From: Candidatus Obscuribacterales bacterium
Lineage (GTDB): Bacteria > Cyanobacteriota > Vampirovibrionia > Obscuribacterales > Obscuribacteraceae
Reading direction: 5' to 3'
DNA: 64,000 bases
NCBI GenBank assembly: GCA_965228855.1
Contig: CBDDIJ010000002.1
Location: 2,080,001 to 2,144,000 of the forward strand
Below the pieces are notes generated by a model that worked only from the letters and a program-made list of their open reading frames with translations, did no database searches and was not told the origin of the DNA. Both the position numbers and the translations under genes were made by a program. Shown here in pieces: positions 28,563 through 37,623 of this stretch. Each line of letters opens with the position of its first letter. The first letter of the stretch is position 1.

Positions 28563-29435
28563 CTATGGCTGGACTGACGGTGCGCTAGAACCGTAGGGTT
28601 GGCGCCACGTCCGCTTCACCTCGCTGTCCGAGGTTCCGAATTCCGGAGCGCTTGTTCCGAATGGATTGCGCCAGGTTCTTTCCGCAGGATTCGCATCGCG
28701 TCCAGTCTCTTGGCGTGAATTGAATCCGTAGTCACGCTCGTATCGAGAGTAATCACGATTGTAGTAATCCCCGCGGCCGCCATTGTTTCCGTAACCGTAG
28801 TCTCGATAGACGTTACGCGGGAATTGCGGCGACGGAGTGTAATATTGACCTGGAATGAGTTTTGCGTACATGCTCATGTTATCTAGAAAGTTGTCTGCGT
28901 CGCCGTTCGGTTCATCGCCGATCGCCAGATGACCGTCGCGATTGACCATTCGCAAATCGCGAACATTCGCCTCGCCGTTCTCATCAATTACCATTGCGGT
29001 ATTGCCTGTGGTGCGGAAGATCACCAGACCGCCTTCTTCAGTTAGTCCGAGACGAACTTCTCGTCCGTAGGAGACCATTACATCATCGACTTCTTTGACT
29101 GCAGCTTGCAAGGTTTCTCTGTCTGACGAAAACGCCTTAACGACCTGCTGCAATGACTCCAGGTCATCGTTCAAAATTCCTTCTTGAATGGCGGTGGCTG
29201 CGAGCTTCTGCATCGTCGGCATATCTTGCTTTTCAAGCCCGAAGCGAATGTTTTCGTCGTCAAAGATCATCATGTCCGGCAACACTTTGCCGGCGTTTTC
29301 ATCATAGGGGTATCGTCTTTGCGCCATCGAACTCGTATCTTGAGCGCTGAGGTCTACCTGGAAGTCCGGAGTAATCCACTCACCGTGCCCGGTTTTGTTG
29401 TCGCCGCCATTGGAGTATTCAAATGTCTCGACCAT
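28563..29435 (-). CDS. Hypothetical protein with a duplicated C-terminal RTWRxP(F/Y)GxSAP motif
   Basis: Long ORF with ATG at 29435 and a GAGG RBS. No signal peptide. Confidence 0.7.
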   Translation of the reverse strand: MVETFEYSNGGDNKTGHGEWITPDFQVDLSAQDTSSMAQRRYPYDENAGKVLPDMMIFDDENIRFGLEKQDMPTMQKLAATAIQEGILNDDLESLQQVVKAFSSDRETLQAAVKEVDDVMVSYGREVRLGLTEEGGLVIFRTTGNTAMVIDENGEANVRDLRMVNRDGHLAIGDEPNGDADNFLDNMSMYAKLIPGQYYTPSPQFPRNVYRDYGYGNNGGRGDYYNRDYSRYERDYGFNSRQETGRDANPAERTWRNPFGTSAPEFGTSDSEVKRTWRQPYGSSAPSVQP

Positions 29436-29556
29436 GGTAATCGTGCCTCTTATAGAAACTGCAACCATGCAATCGCTTTCGGTTGCTATTAACTTGGGAC
29501 TCACCCCTCAAGCATCCTAAATAGAATTTATGACAATTTTGAACCAGCGCGAAGTC

Positions 29557-30558
29557 TCATTCGCCGATATCGATGCCGGCGGCGCTGGTGAATTTTGTTT
29601 CGATTACCGCGTTGGGGAGCGCCTTTCGCAAGGTTGCGACTCCCGCCGGTGTGATGTTCTTACAATTATGGATGCGTAGATTTCGAAGATTTTTCAGAGC
29701 CTTCAGGTGTTCTAAACCGCTGTCAGTGAAAATATTCGAGTCAATTTCTAATTCGTGTATCGATGTCATCTGACTCACTTCTCTCAAACATTCATCTGTC
29801 AAATCACATCGCCGCATGTTCAATTTGTATAGGCGTTTGAGATTTTGCAGATTTCGTAGTTGTTTCGGCGTGACGTGCGCGATTTGTCCGACATCGAGAA
29901 TAGTAAGTGCTGAAACTTTTCCGATGTCCTCGAAAGAATCTCCGGTGGTCGGACATCCCATCACGGAAAGAGTAACTAGATTTTGATTTTTGCAGATTGT
30001 CTTGATACCAATGGCGGTGAGATCGGTTTCACTGATGTTCAGCCCGGTAAGCTTCGTAAGCTTCAATAACTCTTCCATATTCTCGTCTTTTATCGGATCG
30101 CGAGCCAACCCCAGGGTGTTTAGAGTCCCAATCTTGGCGATATACGGCAGACTGTCGCTTGTGAGATCTGTGCCTTCGATTGCGAGAAACGTCAGCGGAA
30201 GTTTTGTGATATGCCGAAGCCACTTATCTTTGGCATCACAATCAACAAGCTGTAGTTTAGTCAAAGTTTTTGATCGACCAAACTGTTTAAAAGCCTCTTC
30301 GGAGAAGGAAAAATTATTGTATTTGGCTTCCGTGCGATTCGGGTCGTGTTCGAAATCTGCTTTCGCTTGCTCGTCGCATTCGTTCTCTTTTGGGTAGAAA
30401 GTGTTTACGGGACTTGTCTCTACCCTTGTATCTCTGACTTCTTTGACATGCTGTTCGGATTGATCCAGCAACTGAAGGGTCGTGTATATCAGTGCGGCAA
30501 GAATCGCCAGCGCAATTCCGACGAGCACAACGAGATCCATTCGCCCTTTAAGCTTCAT
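29557..30558 (-). CDS. Membrane-anchored leucine-rich repeat protein
   Basis: N-terminal TM (LVVLVGIALAILAALIY) and repeated LxxLxxLxL units with iTD-G-type turns. Confidence 0.85.
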   Translation of the reverse strand: MKLKGRMDLVVLVGIALAILAALIYTTLQLLDQSEQHVKEVRDTRVETSPVNTFYPKENECDEQAKADFEHDPNRTEAKYNNFSFSEEAFKQFGRSKTLTKLQLVDCDAKDKWLRHITKLPLTFLAIEGTDLTSDSLPYIAKIGTLNTLGLARDPIKDENMEELLKLTKLTGLNISETDLTAIGIKTICKNQNLVTLSVMGCPTTGDSFEDIGKVSALTILDVGQIAHVTPKQLRNLQNLKRLYKLNMRRCDLTDECLREVSQMTSIHELEIDSNIFTDSGLEHLKALKNLRNLRIHNCKNITPAGVATLRKALPNAVIETKFTSAAGIDIGE

Positions 30559-30639
30559 TCGATTGAAACCAACACCACAGTCACAAGAGGAATGTACCAC
30601 GATTAATCGAGGACTCTCTTGGGTGTTGCGTTATGCGAA

Positions 30640-31680
30640 TTATCGTCTATTGAATAGACGCGGAAATAGTCGCTGTCTGTGCTGTGTATGATGATGTTGT
30701 TCTTGTTGCTGCGCAGCAGGTTTGGTTTGCTGCGGCGCTATTTCTGATAGTTTAGCCGCCAACTCGACCGCGCTGGACGCAGCGGTCATGTCTCCCGTCA
30801 GGGCGCTGCCATTCGTTAGGTCGCTCGGAATCTGAATCTTGGACGCTTGATCTGATTGGTCAAGCCCGGAAGCTGCGTTAATCTTTTTCATCATCTCTAG
30901 TACCGTGCCCGCCTCAGGGTTCGGCGGACGCGCTTCGGATTTAGCCAATGGTGAAGCGGTCAGATGCTTATCCGCTGGAGCTTCCGGTGCTACGCTCTGT
31001 TTAGGCATGTCAGCAAGGATTTTATGTGCATCTCCTTGGGCGGCGGCGTTGCCTACAAACCCGATCTTTTCGAGCGAACTTGAAGGTGGTGGACCGCTCA
31101 TAGGTTCGGGACGGGAGCCTTCCGACGGGGGCACAGGCGGTTTCAAAGGACTATGGAGGCCTATCTGCTGATGGTCAAGTTGACTTAAAGAGCTCTGTGG
31201 ACTGATCCGAGGGGCTGCGGCGTCGATAGACGGTGGCGATGGTGCGGGAGCCGGTGACGGAGGCAATCCTGGTCTTGCTGGTGCCGATTGCGAATGAATA
31301 TCGTGACCTATATGCTGATGATCAAGTTGACCGACAACGCTCTGCGGGTCGAACCGAGGAGCCGCTGCGTCGAGCGATGGTGGCGATGGTGCAGGAGCCG
31401 GCGGTAGTCCTGGTCTTGCGGGTGCCGGCGGCGCTGTGGCTTCTGTTCCACTTGTGACAGCGGATGAATCTGATTGTGTTCCTGCTCCAGAACCATTCAT
31501 GTCTATTTGTAGATTCGGCAGATCCGCTGTGACGCTGTTGCTGTCGCGATTCATCGCCAGAGAACTGTCTTGACGACTAGTCATGTCGACGGCGGTACCG
31601 AAAGTGGTGCCACTATCCGACGAGGCGCGCGCGACGTCCGCATCGCCCGCAGCCGCCGCAGGTGAAACTTCTTTTGTCAT
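30640..31680 (-). CDS. Pro/Ala/Ser-rich low-complexity hypothetical protein with an internal duplication
   Basis: Two copies of APARPGLPP..PAPSPPSxDAAAPR..PQS...QLDHQxIG. GGGAG RBS. Confidence 0.7.
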   Translation of the reverse strand: MTKEVSPAAAAGDADVARASSDSGTTFGTAVDMTSRQDSSLAMNRDSNSVTADLPNLQIDMNGSGAGTQSDSSAVTSGTEATAPPAPARPGLPPAPAPSPPSLDAAAPRFDPQSVVGQLDHQHIGHDIHSQSAPARPGLPPSPAPAPSPPSIDAAAPRISPQSSLSQLDHQQIGLHSPLKPPVPPSEGSRPEPMSGPPPSSSLEKIGFVGNAAAQGDAHKILADMPKQSVAPEAPADKHLTASPLAKSEARPPNPEAGTVLEMMKKINAASGLDQSDQASKIQIPSDLTNGSALTGDMTAASSAVELAAKLSEIAPQQTKPAAQQQEQHHHTQHRQRLFPRLFNRR

Positions 31681-31955
31681 ATTAACTAACTCCCCAGCAA
31701 GTTATTCAGACTACGAAATATGAAATTGTTGGTAGTAAATTCTGTGATACTCAGTGATCACAATTTAGCTGGAAGTTGTGAACTTTTGGTTGCTAATATC
31801 AGAACCCGCGAACTGAAACCCTCAACCGTGCCAATCCGTTTGTTCAAACTCCCTAAACTCAATCCGGCAAGTCCTATGCGGATTTAAAATGCATCTCTGA
31901 TGGGTAGACATATTAATAAGGTAAAAACGCATCCATCCGATAATTATCTCCTCTT

Positions 31956-33509
31956 ATGTCATTAGAGCACTATTCTGACCTTTTCAAGGCGTTCGCGTCC
32001 GACGGCTTCGTGAGTCGAAGCGGCCTTATGCGCATCTTTGAGGAGAGCGGGATTCTTGATGATGATCCGCGCGCGAAAAAAATAATTGCTGCGATCAACA
32101 AATCCGAAGACAAGATATCGGAAGAGGCTTTTCATGCGATTGTCGACTTATCGCCGACGCTATTCGAACAGGTTCTCGATGGAAGTCTCGTTATTCCGCA
32201 TTTCAAAACCTTTTGCGCGGAACTTACTACCATCTTTGATGAGATCAATGAAAACCGCGGAGGGAGCTTACCGACGTACATTCCGCAACTGGAACGTGTT
32301 GATCCTGACAAATTTGGTTTCTCAATCTGCACGGTTGACGGTCAACGTTTTTCGATTGGTGATAGTGATGAATATTTCTGCGTCCAATCATGTTCGAAAC
32401 CGATAACATATTGTATTGCGCTTGAGGAAGTGGGTGAGAACACCCTTCATCAGTACGTCGGGCGAGAGCCAAGCGGTAAGACGTTCAACGATCTTACTTT
32501 GAACTCGTGGGGGTTGCCCCATAATCCAATGATCAATGCCGGTGCCATCATGTGTGGTGCCTTGATCAAGCGCAAGAGTCCTTCTGATCGTTTCGACTTC
32601 GTGATGGAGAAGTGGAAGGAAGCTGCAGGTGGTGCCAAGATTGGTTTCAACAATGCGGTCTATCTGTCGGAGCGACAAACTGCCGATCGCAACTTTGCTC
32701 TCGGGTATTTTATGCGTGAGAAAAAGGCATTCCCGCCCGATGTCGAATTGCTTGATGTTCTCGAGTTTTACTTTCAATGCTGTTCTATCGACATAACGAC
32801 TAAGGGTATGGCTACTATTGCAGCGACGTTGGCGAACGGCGGCACTTGTCCATTGACGGGCGCTCAAGTCTTCAGACCGGACCATGTGAAGCATTGCCTG
32901 TCGCTCATGCTCTCTTGCGGTATGTATGATTTCTCAGGCGAGTTTGCTTTTGTTGTTGGTGTGCCTGCAAAAAGTGGCGTGTCCGGTGCGGTATTGCTGG
33001 TGGTGCCGAACGTATGTGGTATGGCTATCTGGTCTCCGCGCCTGGATGAGCTGGGTAACAGCGTCCGGGGCGTCGAGTTTTGTAAGCGAATAGTCAGTAA
33101 GTTCAAGTTCCACGCATTTGACAGTATGCTCGGATTGCGCGATAACAGAATCGATCCTCGCCGAGATCTTTACGAGGCTCGGTTGTCGGGAGCGTTCGCA
33201 TTTTGCTGGGCAGCAGCGCAGGGTGACGTGGCTGAGATGCGTCGGCTGGTCGCACGTGGCGTCAGTCCGACGGTTTCCGATTATGACGGGAGAACGGCTC
33301 TCCATCTAGCTGCAAGTGAGGCTCAGTTTGAAGCGTTGCGTTACTTGTTGCAGCTGAGCAAAGATGTGAATCCGCTTGATAGATGGGGCAACACGCCTCT
33401 AGACGACGCGATTCGCTGCGGACACGCTACGATTGTTTCTCTTCTGAAAGAGTATGGAGCGAAGAGCCAGAGCGAGTTGCCGAAAGATGCTGACGCTTCG
33501 AAGGTTTAA
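31956..33509 (+). CDS. glsA: Glutaminase A with N-terminal extension and C-terminal ankyrin repeats
   Basis: YIPQL, catalytic QSCSK, HNPMINAGAI, SCGMYDFSG and PAKSGVSG. Ankyrin repeats DYDGRTALHLAA and DRWGNTPLDDA. Confidence 0.95.
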   Translation: MSLEHYSDLFKAFASDGFVSRSGLMRIFEESGILDDDPRAKKIIAAINKSEDKISEEAFHAIVDLSPTLFEQVLDGSLVIPHFKTFCAELTTIFDEINENRGGSLPTYIPQLERVDPDKFGFSICTVDGQRFSIGDSDEYFCVQSCSKPITYCIALEEVGENTLHQYVGREPSGKTFNDLTLNSWGLPHNPMINAGAIMCGALIKRKSPSDRFDFVMEKWKEAAGGAKIGFNNAVYLSERQTADRNFALGYFMREKKAFPPDVELLDVLEFYFQCCSIDITTKGMATIAATLANGGTCPLTGAQVFRPDHVKHCLSLMLSCGMYDFSGEFAFVVGVPAKSGVSGAVLLVVPNVCGMAIWSPRLDELGNSVRGVEFCKRIVSKFKFHAFDSMLGLRDNRIDPRRDLYEARLSGAFAFCWAAAQGDVAEMRRLVARGVSPTVSDYDGRTALHLAASEAQFEALRYLLQLSKDVNPLDRWGNTPLDDAIRCGHATIVSLLKEYGAKSQSELPKDADASKV

Positions 33510-33561
33510 AGACTGAACCGCGCCGCGAGAAACGGTATGCTTTAGATGTTGGTTTTGCAAG

Positions 33562-34437
33562 GTGTCAAAAGTGAAATTTGGTGATTTTGAGCTATCGATA
33601 GTTCGTGAGTGCATGTTCAGCCTGGACGGTGGTGCGATGTTCGGCGTTGTGCCGAAGACGCTTTGGAACAAGCTGCTGCCGGCCGATGATGAAAACCGCT
33701 GCCGCATGGCTTGCAATTTACTTTTGGTTGAAACACCTAATGGGCGTGTGCTTGTGGAAACCGGCATGGGCGACCGCTGGACCGAGCAAGAGATGCAGCG
33801 CTACGGGCACGAACCGCTGACGAAAACCGAGCGTGTGCTTGAGAGTGTTGGTTTGAAAAACGAGGATGTCGACGCCGTAATCATTTCGCACCTTCACTTC
33901 GATCATGTTGGTGGCGCCGTGCGAAAGATTGATGGCAAGCTGGTTCCGACCTTTCCAAATGCGAAGTATTACATTCAAAAAGGCGAGTGGGAGTTTTCAT
34001 ACAAAGCGAACGCGCGAGCGAAAGCAAGTTATCGTCCGGATGACTATGAACCGCTAGAAGCCGCTGGACAAGTGGTTCTCGTCGATGGTGATCGCGAAGT
34101 TATGCCCGGCGTTTTTGTCAGAGTGACAGGTGGACATACCAGTCACCACCAGGTTGTTTATTTCGAATCACAGGGTGAGAAGGGCGTCTATTTTGCCGAT
34201 ATCGTTCCTACTAAAAGCCATATCCAGCCTGCCTGGGTCATGGGCTACGACCATTTTCCGCTGGCGTCCTATGATATCAAATCGGATTGGCTGGGGCGCG
34301 CTGCTCGTGAGAACTGGCTTGTCGTATTCGACCATGAGCCGGGCGTTCCCTGGGGACGGCTCTCGATTAATGAGAAGAAGCGGTTTGAGTTTCAGGCCTT
34401 GAGTGAAGACACTTTGAAACTACCGATTGCACGCTGA
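33562..34437 (+). CDS. MBL-fold metallo-hydrolase (YtnP-like)
   Basis: LDGGAMFGVVPK, SHLHFDHVGG and GGHT motifs. Confidence 0.92.
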   Translation: MSKVKFGDFELSIVRECMFSLDGGAMFGVVPKTLWNKLLPADDENRCRMACNLLLVETPNGRVLVETGMGDRWTEQEMQRYGHEPLTKTERVLESVGLKNEDVDAVIISHLHFDHVGGAVRKIDGKLVPTFPNAKYYIQKGEWEFSYKANARAKASYRPDDYEPLEAAGQVVLVDGDREVMPGVFVRVTGGHTSHHQVVYFESQGEKGVYFADIVPTKSHIQPAWVMGYDHFPLASYDIKSDWLGRAARENWLVVFDHEPGVPWGRLSINEKKRFEFQALSEDTLKLPIAR

Positions 34438-34608
34438 GCTAAATCTTACAAACTTCATACGATGGCTCCCTCTAATTTCCCGGGGTATCGAGTAAACCTT
34501 GTAAGCGCAAGGGCTCTTCCTGTCTATCTCTTGCGCTCCCCTTTTTTACTAAGCAGAGATCCGGCGCAGATGATAGGCTGAAAAAAGACCCCTCTGCGAG
34601 GAGCCGCA

Positions 34609-35214
34609 ATGACTGACACGCCGCCATTTGCCCGTTCACCGATCGACTTCACAGATAAAGATAAAGTCAAGGTCGTACTGAAAGACCTGTCGAACGACGA
34701 GTTCCTGAGGTTGATGGAAGGGTCATCGCCTGAGGAGCTGCAACTGCTTTTGCAGACTGCGGAATCCCAGTATCCCGCTGGGAAAACTTTCCACTTTGGT
34801 GGTTCTCAATCTCTGTTACAGCTGGTTCCACGCCAGTTTCAGGGGATGTTCAGCGTCGCTCGGTATCAGGGACGAACCGCCATGGACGTGATTCGCTGGT
34901 GGGAGGCTCGCCGCCTCGCCTACAACGCGATTCTTGCCGTTATTGGCGTGTTCGCAATGGTGCTGTTTCACGCGCTTGGATTCGCGCCCTTCCACTCTCT
35001 GGTATTGCCGGCGATTGCATACGGCATTATGGCTAACATCTGTTACAGCGCCGGGTGGATGGCGGAAATCTACGCGCGTCTATTCTTCGGAGAGAAAACT
35101 GAAAATTTCGGTCCAAGCTTGTTTTTGCTCGGTTTAACCTTTTCGATGTTGTTGACTGCGCTTCCTTCGGTACTCGCCGTAATCGCTTTTGTGCTAAACC
35201 GTTTGGTCGGTTAG
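34609..35214 (+). CDS. Hypothetical membrane protein
   Basis: Soluble N-half, then WWEARRLAYN and 3-4 TM helices. GAGGAG RBS. Confidence 0.75.
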   Translation: MTDTPPFARSPIDFTDKDKVKVVLKDLSNDEFLRLMEGSSPEELQLLLQTAESQYPAGKTFHFGGSQSLLQLVPRQFQGMFSVARYQGRTAMDVIRWWEARRLAYNAILAVIGVFAMVLFHALGFAPFHSLVLPAIAYGIMANICYSAGWMAEIYARLFFGEKTENFGPSLFLLGLTFSMLLTALPSVLAVIAFVLNRLVG

Positions 35215-35266
35215 GCTGGCAATAGCATAAAATAAAGCGGTACGTAACTATCGAGAGACTCGCCCA

Positions 35267-36676
35267 ATGGACGAAACGAACCAGCGACTGGCGGACCGAA
35301 TTCGCAATTTTATGCATATGCACCCGCAGCATCATAAGGAGGTCTCTGCGCCGCCGATGCCTTCGCCTCAGGAGCTGACCTTTACTCGTGGCGAGCTGGG
35401 TAAGACTCTGCACAGCATCAAGCGCAATCAGGAAGCTCTGCAAACTGCGGTGGCTAATGCGCGCTCGCGATCTGAGACTGCAAAGTTTCGGTTCACTAAC
35501 CTCCAGAGATTTGGTCGAGGTTCTCTTGCATATTCCTCTCTGCAAGAGGGTCTGCAGTACTTTATGCACGAGTTGGGTTATGTGGCTTACGTGCAATTGA
35601 AGGACAGCAAAGACTCGGTTGTTGTGCTTGCAGACCCAATCTGCGAGCCGGGTAAGCGTCGAGAGTTTATCAACGCATTTCTCCAGCATAAAAACGATCC
35701 GGTCTTTCTGCATATCACGCATGAAACCGGAGTCGTGCTCAATGAGTTAGGTTTTCGCGTAAATGAATTAGGCGTTGAAACCATTATTGATATTCAAGAT
35801 TTCGATTTGGTTGGAAACAAAAAACAGCAATTGCGCCAGGCTAGAAACAACGCCAAGAAAGACAATCTGGAAATCTTAGAGCTTGAAAAAATCGATAATG
35901 CGACGTTGAAGGCTTTCAAAAAAATCAGCGAAGACTGGATGGGCGGAAAGGTTTCCAGCGACAGCGAGATGCGGTTTATCGTGCGTCCGATGCTTTTAAT
36001 TGACGAGCTTGACGTGCGAAAATTCGTCGCAAAATATGAGGGCGAAATTGTCGCGTTCGTAATCTTTGATCCGATGTATCAAGATGGTCAGGTTATTGGA
36101 TACATCGCTAATCATCTGCGATCCAACTTCAAGCGTTCCTATTCGATTGTTGATTGCATCATTCTCGATGCGATGGAAAAATTCAAGGCTGAAGGAAAGC
36201 GTGAGCTTTCACTGGGGCTCTCGCCGCTTGCCAAAGTCGATGACACGGGCGAGTTTAAACACAGTAAGTTGTTAACGGCGCACTTCCAATACGCGTTTGA
36301 GAAGGCAAACTATCTGTACAACTTCAAGAATCTCGCGCAGCACAAATTAAAATATCGACCAGGCATGCGCGGTGCTCGCGAGGAGAAAGTTTATTGCGCG
36401 ATGAAGACGCGCCTCTTCTTGATTCGGTTGAACTCTGTCTATAAGGTTTTGGGATTGAAACCACTTCCACGTGCGATTGCTCGACATGTTGGCGCCCAAG
36501 TTGCTGAGTGGGTCAAGGGCAAGGTCAGGCGCTGTTTCGATGCTGGAGAATGCGAAGTGCATTCTTCCCATGAGCATAAAGATTGCGAAGCGAAGTCAGA
36601 AGCCGATGATGTTGGTAGCCGCGCACACTCCAAGCTTGAGACTCGAGAGCGCGACTGTGAGAAAGGTAAGAGCTGA
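35267..36676 (+). CDS. DUF2156 / aminoacyl-phosphatidylglycerol synthase C-terminal (tRNA-dependent GNAT) domain protein without TM domain
   Basis: VVLADPI, ELGVETII, LVGNKKQQLRQARN, LSLGLSPLA and YNFKNLAQHKLKY motifs. Confidence 0.8.
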   Translation: MDETNQRLADRIRNFMHMHPQHHKEVSAPPMPSPQELTFTRGELGKTLHSIKRNQEALQTAVANARSRSETAKFRFTNLQRFGRGSLAYSSLQEGLQYFMHELGYVAYVQLKDSKDSVVVLADPICEPGKRREFINAFLQHKNDPVFLHITHETGVVLNELGFRVNELGVETIIDIQDFDLVGNKKQQLRQARNNAKKDNLEILELEKIDNATLKAFKKISEDWMGGKVSSDSEMRFIVRPMLLIDELDVRKFVAKYEGEIVAFVIFDPMYQDGQVIGYIANHLRSNFKRSYSIVDCIILDAMEKFKAEGKRELSLGLSPLAKVDDTGEFKHSKLLTAHFQYAFEKANYLYNFKNLAQHKLKYRPGMRGAREEKVYCAMKTRLFLIRLNSVYKVLGLKPLPRAIARHVGAQVAEWVKGKVRRCFDAGECEVHSSHEHKDCEAKSEADDVGSRAHSKLETRERDCEKGKS

Positions 36677-36678
36677 CG

Positions 36679-37560
36679 GTGGGGACAATTCACACAACGG
36701 TTCGCGATAGCCTCTACGTCGATCTCTCCGATGGGAGGAGAATGGGCTTTGCGGAATACGGTCATCCTCGAGGCAATCCGATTTTATATTTTCATGGTGG
36801 CATGAGCTGTCGTCTCGATATAGCTTGGGCGGCGGATCGGTTTGCATCCAAGGGGTTAAAGGTGATAGCTCCCGATCGTCCGGGAATCGGGCTTTCTGAC
36901 CCGAGTTCCGAATGCAGTCTTCTTGATTGGGCTGCGGACGTCGAAGAATTGATGGACGCGCTCAGGCTCGATGAAATTCCCCTGTTCGGATGGTCGTTAG
37001 GAACTCCGTACGTGTTTGCGTGTGCGCATTCTTTGCCGGCGCGCTTCAGCAAAATTGCGAGTGTGGGCAGCTGCAGCACTTTTGATTCGCCTGAGTATGT
37101 CCAAGAATTCGGTCTTTTTCTCGATCGTTTTTTGATAACATGCCCGCCGAACTTTCGATGGCTCGCAAAAATGCTTTTGAGCGTTTCCACAAAAGCGCCC
37201 GCTCATATGATGAAGGGACTTCTGGAAAGTGAGGTTACGCGCTCGCCGTCAGATTTAGCAACGATACGCGCGCTTTCCATGCGCGAGGCTACTGATTTTA
37301 TTTATGGGTCTGTCTATCAGGGACCAGATGGAGTCATCGATGACTACTGGGCTGTGCGTGAACCCTGGGGGTTTTCTCTCACCGACATTGGTGTCGAGTT
37401 ACTTCTGTATCATGGCGAGGAAGATATTATCGCTCCAATCTCAGGCGCTGCAAGATTGTCTGAGCTTATACCGGGAGCGCGCCTCACCACTTTTCCGAAA
37501 GCCGGTCACTTCCTGCTCCATACAAAATTTGATCAAGTAATCGATTCGCTTGTGAAGTAG
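36679..37560 (+). CDS. Alpha/beta hydrolase
   Basis: YFHGG, APDRPGIGLS, nucleophile GWSLG, HGEED and AGH motifs. Confidence 0.92.
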   Translation: MGTIHTTVRDSLYVDLSDGRRMGFAEYGHPRGNPILYFHGGMSCRLDIAWAADRFASKGLKVIAPDRPGIGLSDPSSECSLLDWAADVEELMDALRLDEIPLFGWSLGTPYVFACAHSLPARFSKIASVGSCSTFDSPEYVQEFGLFLDRFLITCPPNFRWLAKMLLSVSTKAPAHMMKGLLESEVTRSPSDLATIRALSMREATDFIYGSVYQGPDGVIDDYWAVREPWGFSLTDIGVELLLYHGEEDIIAPISGAARLSELIPGARLTTFPKAGHFLLHTKFDQVIDSLVK

Positions 37561-37623
37561 CTGATTTTGTCTTTCGGTTAGCGTTTCAATCGTGCCAATT
37601 GACGAGACTTTGGATTGGTCGTT

